A stretch of 64,000 nt of DNA, from contig OU015569.1 of NCBI GenBank assembly GCA_907165135.1, positions 2,852,001-2,916,000 of the forward strand, read 5' to 3'. How positions within the stretch are numbered: position 1 is the first letter of the stretch; the number at the start of each line of letters is the position of its first letter. The DNA comes from Oikopleura dioica. Taxonomy: Eukaryota > Animalia > Chordata. Positions 28,440-40,041 of the stretch are shown here, piece by piece. The translations under genes were made by a program, and so were the position numbers. The notes beneath the pieces were generated by a model that saw only the letters and a list, made by a program, of their open reading frames with translations, searched no databases and was not told the origin of the DNA.

Positions 28440-30920
28440 TCAGACGTTCTTCATGATCTTCAACTCGGACTCGCTCAAGTGAGGAATGATCTTGAGCAGC
28501 TCCTTGATGCCTTGCTCAACTGTGACCTGAAATTCCAAAATTAGATAATTTTCTTCCAAGTGTCTCTTGATTAGGGTTCATCTACTCTAGATACTCACAG
28601 TAACTGTTTGATGACCGAGCTTCTTGATCTTCTGGTAGCTGACTTCGTAATCTCGCTTGTCAGCGTCAGTACCTTTACCCTCGGTGATGTTGCATCCTTC
28701 AACGTTGGCTTCGATGAGTTTTGCAACCTAAAAAATGTCCTTAGTCAATTATACGGTTAGAATGGATTGATTACCTCCATCTTGGTGAGGTTCATGGACT
28801 CGTCACCGACGTTGTAAGCGTTTCCTTGCATGGAGGTGTAGTGCTGGATGGCGAAGAGGAAAGCACGGGCAACATCCTAGAACATAAGAATAATTCTTGT
28901 ATTTACACTCAAAGCTGGCATCGTGCCAGAGTATTCTAAGAATAGCCATACCGGCCGGTTTCTAAGTACGAGAAAGCCCCGGGCAATCCTTTATCAATTA
29001 CTAAATATATTTACATTTTGTTGCTCCCTAAAATATCCGACAACACCATGTAGCGTTTATAAATTTAAAAAAAATAGTCTGGATACCTTGACGTGGAGGA
29101 AAGTTCGCTTGAAGTGGGGCTCGTAGAGATCAAAGGTCTTCATGGTGCAGGCCTTGTGGAGGAGATCGTTGATAAGGAGATCAACTCGGAGTCGTGGGGA
29201 GGCACCGAAGACGGTGGCAAGTCGGAGAGCAACACCGTTGGCCTTCTTGAGGACTGCGGTCTCACCAGCCTGCTTGGTCTCACCGTAGAGAGAAACTGGG
29301 TTGCAGGGAGTGTCTTCAGTGCAGATACCCTCGACGACACCGTAGCAGGAACCAGTAGAGGCGTAGATGACTCGCTGGTGAGGTTTGAGCCATTCGCAGA
29401 GCTGCTCGACACAGGTCTGGTTCAAGGCGGTGGCAAGCTCGGGCTCCTTTTTGCAGGCAGGGTAACCGACGATAGCAGCAAGGTGAATAATGACGTCGTG
29501 GGATTCGACGAGGGCCTTGTATCGTGGAGTGTCGAGGACGTCACCTATTTGGAAAATTCAGAAAATGTCGGCTTTATTTTTATGAAAATTGTTGTATCGC
29601 CACAAAATCGAAAAGGCGTTTTGGGTTGTACGCGGTTATCTGTGTACCTGTACCCGTGAATGCTCTTTTTTGTTTCGTGGGTACCACGGACCCGTGAATG
29701 CTCAACTTTGGTTTCATGTGTACCAGGTACCCGTGAAGGCTTTTCTCAACGTTCGCGTGTACCAGGTCCCCACGAACATTAGTTTTGACTTTCATGGGTA
29801 CCCATGACCCGCGAACATTGTTATTAAGTTTCCTGGGTACCAAGCAGCTGCGGTTGGTAGAAATTTTTCTAGACCTTGTTTTGACTCAGTCAATATCAAC
29901 CTATTAAGGTCAACCTTTCTATCTTAATCTAAGCCCCTTACCTCGGGGCTCCGCCCCTTCGGGCCTAAGATGCCGGGGTCTAGTCTAGGGTTACTTAGGG
30001 TTACCTTCAGTAACCCTAACTAACCCTAGCCTATCCCCCTCGGGTAAGTTTGTTCTGTCATTTTGCCCAGTGCCCCCTAACACTAACCATAAATTAAGGC
30101 AATCATAAGTTGGAGCTTATCATTAGGCCTCGGACGTAAAAATATCGATTTTCACCATCGGAGCTTCGTATGAGGACGAGAGTAGGCTCATTCGAAAGCT
30201 CTTAAAGGGAACTTTCTTGGCGGCAAATAAAAAAATTGGACCCTGTCTTCCTGTTTCAAGTTATTTCGTAAAAACGTTTTTCGACTTTATCTTTAACGGC
30301 AGATTACTTCAAACTGGGGGGCAGGGCCCAATTTTTTTATTTACCAATAATAAAGCCCTCTTCAAGAGCTTTCGAATGAGCCTATTCTCAATCCCATACG
30401 AAGCTCCGATGATGGTGATGGATTTTTACGTCCGAGGCCTACTTATCATTAATTTTAAGATGAGCGCTTTTCCATTGTCTTCTATCTTCTGAGTCTCATG
30501 AAAGTTGAAAAGCGTTCGTAAGACTTCGGTACCCACGAGCTTTGAAAATAGCATTCGCGGGGACCTGGTACACACGAAACTTAAAGAGAGCGTTCGCAAG
30601 TACCTGATACCCACGAAACTGAAATTTAGAATTCACTGGTACCGGTACCCATGAAACTAAAATAGGAGATTCACGGGTATGGTACACAGATAACCGCATA
30701 CCACCGCGTTTTGTTGAAAAATGAAAATACCTTTGATGACGGTGAGATTTGGGTGGTGGAGGATACCGAGGAGGGAAGCAGATCCCCATCGGAAGATATC
30801 GTAGACGGTGACTTTGTAACCCTGTTCGAGGTAAAGGGGGACCATAGTGGAACCGAGGTATCCAGCACCGCCGGAAACGAGGATGGTTTTAACGTTCTGA
30901 TCGTCTCGTGGGACAGACAT
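28440..30920 (-). CDS. NAD-dependent epimerase/dehydratase (extended SDR), bacterial-type, five exons
   Basis: SGGAGYLGS (Rossmann), [25 protein letters not shown] (YxxxK), [41 protein letters not shown]; ends MKNV*. Confidence 0.92.
29629..30700. mobile_element. Fold-back element with minisatellite arms inside epimerase intron 1 (29545-30730)
   Basis: Ends CGCGGTTATCTGTGTACC / GGTACACAGATAACCGC; about five ~39-bp GTACC..CCCGTGAA units in each arm, in opposite orientations. Confidence 0.8.
30124..30441. mobile_element. Nested hAT-type MITE
   Basis: Long imperfect TIRs starting TAGGCCTCGGACGTAAAAAT; exact 8-bp TSD CTTATCAT (30116-30123 / 30442-30449). Confidence 0.85.
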
Positions 30921-31725
30921 CTCGAGAAAGAAAGTTTTCTGAATGAAAAGAAGATAAGGGGCATATATCTCTAAGCAAAACGAGCAGATGTTAACAGCTC
31001 TAAGAATGAAATCTCTCTCACGTATAATAACGTTCTCGTAAGTTTCTATTGAGTTTCAAAAATTGATGAGCCGACGAATGTCGTCTGATGTCGTCTGAGG
31101 AAGAGGGAAATCAACGAGCTCTGAGTTGAACCGGCTAGCCGGGGGGCATTTCACTCCACCTGGTGGAGGTGGGGTCGTAAATGCTGAAGCTAGTTTCCTG
31201 TTCGTAACTCTTCTCGAACAGTACTTAATAACCACACCCATCGGCTTCTAGTGCTTGAGTCGGACTTTAGTGAACGTCAATGGAGCATTGAGAATTCTTC
31301 CTCTCGCTTCTTCCTCAGTGATTTTTATAGATAAGCTCTTTTTTATCTCTCCTGTAGTAAAGAACCGTCCATATTCCTGCCCGCCTCTTTCTGTCATAAA
31401 ATAAAAATAACGAAGGAGGATAAAAATTATCGAAGGAAGAACGAGGTGACTTAATGTGACACGCAGACTTACGATTTTTTACCGATTTTCCGTCTCAATA
31501 AAGTCGACATTTTACGATGCTAATATGACCATTATGTCGCGGATAAAGCCTCTCCAAAACAAAAATAAACGCTCAACATATCTTCCCTTATCTTCACGAC
31601 AAATACACTGGGCCCAAGAATCGCACTTCTTGTTGTTGTATATATATTTCATTTATTTCACATTTCCGCAGAAAGACAAATTCATAATTACATCTTATCA
31701 CGTGATAAGAGGAGCGATAATTTGA

Positions 31726-32909
31726 TTAAAATAAAACTTGACTCCAGCCAAGCTCGTCGACAAAGTCGAGCATGAAGTTGCAGTTGTTACTGTAACAGCA
31801 CTGTCGACAAACAGACGGGCCCAGATCAGAGTCAGGTCGACATTGGTGGCCGCTCGTGTGAGGAGCATCTTCTTCGAAAATTGCAAAGTTGTTGAGTTTA
31901 TCAGACTCGCATGCATCTCGGGCTTTACAACCGGCTGAGATTGATCTTACTTCTCCGTTGCGCATTCTTGATGTTATTGAACAAGCAGTTATCTGTGCAT
32001 CGCACGCTTCCAAGAAGCCGACTTGAGCGCATTCGTTCCAGTTACTAGCATCGCACGTCCAGCATGAGATTTGCGAGGGCTTTTGCGGCGCGTTGTAGGA
32101 GATCACTGCACCGCCAGAGCCATCACTCGATGGTGAGTACGAGAATTCCTGCCCGTAACCGAACGCGGCTCCATCCACTAAAACGTGCTCTTCGTCCGAG
32201 GTTGTTCCCGACGAAGGTTGGAATACTTCGCCGTATCCGTTTAGATAGTGCTCGTTTTCGTTCGAATTCGAATTAGTTTCTGGATCAACTTCTGAAAAGA
32301 TAGTGTTAAAGAAAGTAGAAACAGTGTTTGTCCGCTGAGAAAAACCCCCAGGTCATTAAGTCCTGGGAACGGCGCCAAAAAGTGCCCAGCGTGGAAAACT
32401 TTCCAAATTAGCGGCAAAATGAGTAGCTAAAAATTCACAGCCTCTAAAATAATCACCTTCTGGTTCGACAAAGTATTTCTCATGAGGTTCTTTGTTGTCT
32501 CCAGCTCCGCCATCATTTCGTTGAGATTCATCTCTCAATAGGTCTATTATCTTAGATTCTAAAGCGCGGAATATTTCTCCTTTCAACCTTTCCTTGGTTC
32601 TCTTCATTCTTTACAAAAGAAAATAGCTTTTCTCGCAGGCGGATATCTTGCAAGTTCTTAAAACGCGGATTTTCTGGAGTAACTTTTCAGGGATTACAAG
32701 GATCGGCATTGAGAGTGAGATCTTTGCTACAGTAAGAACGCGGTAAGTATTAATGTCAACCGGTTGCGCCTGCTATCCCTTCCTTCGCCAGCCTGTTGAA
32801 AATCTGAGAAAACCAAATCGCCTTCTTCTGGCTCCACATTGATCACAAATGACATCCCTGCCCCGAGAAGGATGCAGAGAAGCCCAATGCTGAGAATCAC
32901 TTTGGTCAT
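31726..32909 (-). CDS. Secreted protein with C-terminal Ly6/uPAR (three-finger)-like Cys-rich domain, multi-exon
   Basis: Signal-like MTKVILSIGLLCILLGAGMSF; SCWTC..EC..C..C..GC..C..C..CRQCC..NNCN pattern. Confidence 0.6.
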
Positions 32910-33337
32910 GTTCGACTTATCCTCGCCTTGGCGCTCCATTTTTTTGCGATGCTAATTTGTGTATCTCGTCTCTTATCGAGGCCAGAAAAAAGTGATTGGG
33001 GACTGGAACTTGGATCCAGTTTGGAACTTGGCGACAAGAGCATCCAGACTTCTTTATATACCCTGAGAGGATAAGCGCATTTTCCGCTTTTGTGAACACT
33101 CTTCAGTGAAACTTACCAGAACTTGTGGTTTTCTTTGTAACATGAGTTATGTTGCTTGGGAAGCTTGGAGAGCTGTTAAAGATTTATACGCACGATAAAT
33201 AATGAAATCGGCGTTTTTCGATGAAAAAGGTTCGCCTCGTAAAAAGTAATTACAAATAGCTTTCTTTATTGCAGTCTATTTAACTCGCGGACTAGGCTCA
33301 TTTGTGATCATCTGGTCATTTCAAACAGAGAAAGATT

Positions 33338-33796
33338 ATGTCTCCCAAGCCGATTAGGATCGAGCCTTCTAATTACACCTCCCAGTAAGAGCAGCTTTTT
33401 TATTGTCTTTTTTTAATACGCTTCAGAGTTTGGCAGACGAGGCTTTGCTCTGCTCGAGGTTGCGGATGTGGCCATGCGCCTTTGACCTGCTGCTTGAACT
33501 GCTGCTGCTCGGGTTTCGGAGCTGCAGATGTAGCCTACAGATACAATAAGGGAGCTTGGCTTTCTGCTGGCATCGGCACTTTGATCCAGGTGAGAGAAAA
33601 TTACGCGAAAAGAGAGTTATTATTTTCACAGTATGGAGGGCCCCTTTCATCTTGCTTCTTGAGCTGTCTTCGGGGCGAAGTCCGAGCTGTGCATGGAATC
33701 GAAGGAAATTGCTGTGTCGACTGGTGTGCCTCTTTCTGGTGCGCCGCCTGCGTCCTTTCTCAGCTGCAGACACAAGCAAAAACCCTCAATGCTTGA
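33338..33796 (+). CDS. PLAC8/cornifelin family protein, three exons
   Basis: WQTRLC, Cys cluster CCLNCCC, LRGEVRAVHGIEGNCCVDWCASFWCAACVLSQL; GT-AG introns keep the frame. Confidence 0.85.
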
Positions 33797-34207
33797 AAAT
33801 AAACCTTTTCTACCGTTTGTATTCGATTAGAATACACTTTAAGTCTTCTTGTTGTAACATTTATCAACTGAAAGAGAGAAAGTCCGTTTTAAATTTATTC
33901 CGTTCGCCTCGTTAGTCGTCAATCAGTTATTTTTTGGCGCAAACTAGAATCCTTTCCTCGGCATCTGTCTAGCGCGGTCGCAAGAGAATATAATTATGAA
34001 AGAAAATCGCTTCGTTGAGTTTTCTGCATCGAATGACTTTCATTGCTGAGTTTCCTTGCTTTCAACTTTCAAGAGTAAACGGGTCATCATTAATTTGAGC
34101 ATAACGATGTGCAAATTAATTTCATTTTCTAATTTGGCAGTGAATAATTTTATTTATAAAAATTGAACTGTACAGTAATGTGAACGAAAGAGTGAAAAAT
34201 GAGCGGC

Positions 34208-34977
34208 TTAGGAGCTCGAATCCTCGTCATCGGTCTCCTCGTCGGTGTCGTCGATCTCCGACTGAGTGACTGGCATCTCAGGATTGATGATCTGCCATTT
34301 GCCTTCGTGCACTTTGGGCGTCCACTCAGTGATGCCCGCATTCATGCAGATCAATTTTCGCTCTTTCCAGCCGCTTTTCAAGCCGTCAGCGGAGCTTGGT
34401 AACGGCCATGCTTCTTTTTTAGCAAGAATTTGCTTGATTTCTTTCTTGCTGACTCCATCAAGCATTTCTAAATAAAACAAAGTAAGTCTTGGTCGAGGTC
34501 TTGAAGATAACTCACCTTGCTTCTCAGCAGACCAGCGAATGCCATCATTGAAGGCCACGGTCCACTTGACCCAGATGCGGTGCTCGGTATCTAAATAACT
34601 GTAAGATTTTTTGTTATTAAATGAAATTCACCTGGTTTCAAATAGAATTTAATCTTGACCGAGCCATCCGCATCTCGCTGGCGTCTCTTTCCCCAGCAGA
34701 GGTAGATGCCGCCGAAGCCCTAGAATCAAAATTTGATAAATTGAATTCAAAGAAAATTTACCTCGACTTCCCAAGGGGTGTTTTCGTCGAAGTTCTCCGG
34801 TGCTCGTTCCAACACCTCATCGTTCTCTTTGTCGCTACCGCTGTCTGCGCGGGCGACCTTTTTCTTTCTCGGCGCTTTCTTGGGCTTCGGTTGCGACTCG
34901 ATGACCGCGTTTCGAACAGCAAGAGCTGTCTTCGCCTTTTTGTGCGAACTCTTGCGTGCCTTACTGGCCCCTGCCAT
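34208..34977 (-). CDS. Basic-acidic protein with possible divergent chromodomain, four exons
   Basis: K-rich N-terminus, PWEVE...IWVKW....W.AE spacing, acidic tail; all introns GT-AG and in frame. Confidence 0.55.
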
Positions 34978-35910
34978 CTCAAACTCAACCAATTTCGCTG
35001 AAAAAAACTTGATTAGATGTTGTTATAAAAATCAAAAAGTTTTGCAGCTGAATAAAAAATTGTTTCTGAGTTCAGAAAAATCTGGCCTCTCTCTCTCTCT
35101 CTGACAACAAAACAAGACTGAAATTGACAATTTGTTTGCAAGAAAATATTGGTTTTGGCCCTCTAACGACGAAAAGTAGCGCGCCACAATTAGCTCGATG
35201 TGTATCTGTTATTGCGGTTCCGAGAATTTTCCGTTAGATTTTCTTAATTGCCTGATTTCGATCGATTCGAGCTCCCAACTGTCAAAATTTCTGACTGCCA
35301 AGATGAATTTCTGGGATCTTTAGAAGGCAAAATATTCTGATGTTCGCAGTAGAGGAGCCAACAAATGTGAAAAGGAAGTCAGAGTTGACGATGGATCGAG
35401 TCGGTCTTCTCATACTTATTTTAAAGACAAAATAACCCTCTAATGGAGTCTTTTTCCTTGAACCTGAGCTAAGAAGAAGATCTAAAGGAAAAGATGCTTG
35501 TACTGGCTTGAAGAGCTCTTCATAAAATGAGTAGTCGCATATTACTTACAACGTGAAAATGTATCTACATGCCATCAGCTAGATTTAATTTTCGTTACAG
35601 TAAATAAGACCTCAAAGTGAGCGACAAAAGCATAAATCAATGGACAACGCGGGTCCTCGTTTCAAGAGGCTCACTAATTATGTCCAAGTTCTGCTTTTTG
35701 TTTTGCCATTTTTTGTTGAATGGTTTTTTTTTGTCGAGTGCCCCCGGCCCGAGCGTTTGGGCCTGATTGGTGACGCATTTTCTTACCCGTTATCCTCCGT
35801 CGAACTCGCGAGAGAGCAATTTTTATCGCAGTGCTCCTTTCTCATCCCTTTCTTCATATTCTTTTCTTCGAGCAAGATAAACCTAGAAGTAAAGCCACAG
35901 AAGAGCCCGT

Positions 35911-36830
35911 ATGTCAGAGCCAAGTGAGCTACTAGAGACTAACGACACAGCATTCGCGGATGTCATCGCAAACGGAACAACCCTGGCCACAACTACAGCT
36001 TCACCAAAACAGCAAACAGATAGCGGCTCAGTAACTACAGCGGCAAAAGTGCTGCTTGATAAAACCACGGAAAATCAAATCACAACGAGTTTGGCAAAAA
36101 CGACAGCCGCGCCGACAATTTCTTCAACAACTACAGAAATATTAGCAAGCACAGATGTAAGTAGCAGTTAGTTTTATTACATAAAAATAGTGATTTTTTC
36201 TGTTTACATCAAACATAAGATATATGTTCAAAATAAGAGGCTCAATCAGCAGAAACCGTGTTTATATATCATCTTGTTTACAAGCTAAACATGTATTTAG
36301 TTTTTATGATTCTCTAAATCGCTCTTTCCATATTTGGAAAACAGTTTTTCTAACAGCTGACCGTGCAAATTCAAAAGCTAGCTTAATTCTCGCTTAATTT
36401 CATTGAGATAAAATAGTATTAGAATAAATATTATCAAATATTTCTGGCGACGCTTCAAGACTTCAAAAGCAAGTAATTTCGCGTCTTGGACGATTACGGC
36501 AAATTAGCGAGCTTTCAATTTTCGCCGTTTATTCTGCTAATCGACTCTAACCGCCATTTTAGAAGGCTCAAGATGATGGCTTTCGGGTGGTAATAATCGT
36601 ATGCATCGCCGTCGGGGCCGCTCTTCTCATCGCCATCGCCTTGCTCATCGTCGTCGTAAGTATTTAATCCTTTTCAAAATGCAGGCGACTAATTAGTCCA
36701 CTTTCAGATCCGCAAGAAGCGTAAACAAGGGGGAAAATACAACCCAAAAGACTGCGAGAAGCATGCCGGGGTATCGAATCAGTGGAATCATCAAATTTTC
36801 GACCCGCCATTGCCGGAACGTCTTATCTAA
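35911..36830 (+). CDS. Miniature Crumbs-like (CRB3-architecture) single-pass membrane protein, 153 aa, three exons
   Basis: Exons 35911-36156, 36563-36655, 36708-36830 splice in frame: Thr-rich ectodomain, one TM, tail RKKRKQGGKYNPKDCEKHAGVSNQWNHQIFDPPLPERLI*. Confidence 0.82.
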
Positions 36831-36991
36831 CAAGCAGAGACTTAAAAATATAATCTTGCCCACTGATATAAAAACGCATTCAAAACTGTCTGATCTTCAG
36901 TTTCACTTCCACCATCTTTCACCAGGTACAGCACTGTAACTGTATATTTCGATCAACTGCGATTCTTTCACAAGCTCACATGTTCCCAGCT

Positions 36992-37177
36992 CTGGACTCG
37001 GCAACCTGCGTAGAAAACCTGAGTCAGGTTCCGAAGAGTTGAAATGAAAAACCGCATATGCTATAGCGGTTTTTTTTAGATCAAAGCCGTAAAGCGGCCT
37101 CGCAGAATAAAACGCGGCTTTTCATTTCAGCTCTTGAGAACCTGACTCAGGTTTTCCACACAGGTTGCCAAGCCCAG
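36992..37177. mobile_element. hAT-type MITE copy with intact TSD
   Basis: TIRs CTGGACTCGGCAACCTG / CAGGTTGCCAAGCCCAG; exact 8-bp TSD TCCCAGCT (36984-36991 / 37178-37185). Confidence 0.9.
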
Positions 37178-37518
37178 TCCCAGCTGCTCAAGGGACGTTC
37201 TCCTCCCTTCGGTACACAAAAATACTTTTCTGTTTTTTTTTTATTTCCATTCTCGTTCAACAAAAATATAATAAAGCTTGTTTTGCACCTTTATAAAGGA
37301 GTAATTGCGTTTTTTTTTTTATTTCTAAAGAAAGTTTGCTTGAAGAACATAAATAATGAAGAAATTTTTAAATAAGTGTTTGAAGAAAGGAGGAAAAAGA
37401 GAAGAAACGGGATTGTGCGCAAGAAATGAGCAGTAATTTGAAAATAAATATGCAAGAAATACTGACAGGCTTCGATAGCAACGATGATGAAAAAAGAAAA
37501 TAAAAAAATAGCACTCTA

Positions 37519-38600
<1,082 letters not shown>

Positions 38601-40041
38601 TTGACTTGGCCTTCTCCTCCGCCAGACTGTAATTTTCGAGGATATTCGGCCTCAATCGCCGCACAGCAAAGGTATGAAATTTAACACGCACTCTCATACC
38701 ATGCGAAACCGCTGATATATCCTATTGAACGTTATTTTAGGAAAATATGTTTCCTTCCGAGTTCACCTTTTGACTCTCTGTGTACTCGAACAAGTCGCCT
38801 TTCTCTCCCCTCTGCACAATTTCATAATGTATTGGGTTCTCGTTGCTTCAGACACGGATAGAATAGAGCTTGAAAATTTCAAAAAATTATAATTATTTTC
38901 TGAGATGAAATCTATCCGTTTCCTCTCGTCATTCCAAGTGGCGAGTACGTTCATCATTTTGCTTCCTGTTAAAATCTAAAAGTTAAAATTTCAATTTCTC
39001 AAGTTTAAAACTCAAATTAGCTCTCCAGCTTTCTCTAGTACAGGTTGGGATGTCAGTGAGCCCCCTACTGAGGCGGCGTGCGTCTCTCTTTCTTCAATTT
39101 CCGATAAAAACAAAATTGAGTCACGAGCAAGAGGATGAGCTCTTGTCCGGCCCTGGAAAGCACTTGGTAAAAATAGCAGCGCAAGACGGTAGGAGACTCC
39201 GAAAGGGTGATGCTGGGCTTTGCGTGGGGTAAACTGAGAAATAAGAAGGCCCCTACGGACTCGCTCCGATCAATAATTCATTCGCCACCCGCGTTACCTT
39301 CTATACAAAAATATACCTTCTTCTCCCGACAAACCAGGGCCTTTCTTGCCTCCAGCTTCTGTCAGGGGAATTCTCGCCGCGATTAAAATTTACGCACTTG
39401 GTTTTTGATGCACAAAACTATCCAAATTCAGGAAACGATCTCTGTCATTTCGACTTGCAGCAGTTTCTGCGAGCCAGTTGGATTGTCCTTGCTTTACCAG
39501 ATTATCTTCTTTGACTTGCTTATTAAGGCTATAATCTTATAAACGCTGCTTGCCGAGGAATTCTTGCTGTATCGATTGTATGCTCAAAATCACTACAAAC
39601 TCGACTATGTAGGTGAAACAGGACGCTTGAATGCGCGCTATATCTGGAGATATATATCCCGATTTATTAACTATCATTGATCAAAGTCGGACGGAGCCAT
39701 TTTTAAGGACGAGGCAGATGCTACTCCTAATTCGCAGCTGTGATTCAATGTTAAACTTGCTCCAATAAAATTTATCACTTTGAGATTTCATTTCTTTGCT
39801 GATAACTTTCAAATCTCGTGAGAAAGTCATCAGCAATAATTGCCGACAATTTCTGTATGTTTTTCATTTTCTTTCAAACTCAAGTTTATTACTGTTAAAA
39901 GAAATGATTTGAGGCAGGGGTTGGCAGTTACTGTAACTGAAGGCGCATTGAGGAATGGCAGCGAATTGAAATTTGGTCAGGATAGTTTTCAATGATATTA
40001 GCGGTAAATTGAACTTACGAATTAAAATGATTTAATTGAAA

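Noticed and set aside
29093-29659. 188-aa plus-strand ORF (likewise 42427-43032, 55952-56452 and 10419-10853)
   Set aside because: Antisense shadows of well-supported genes on the other strand.
29633-30697. Regularly spaced ~39-bp repeats (and ~31-bp repeats at 44.7-45.0 kb) as CRISPR arrays
   Set aside because: Degenerate tandem units without unique spacers, arranged as inverted arms, in a eukaryotic context with no cas genes.
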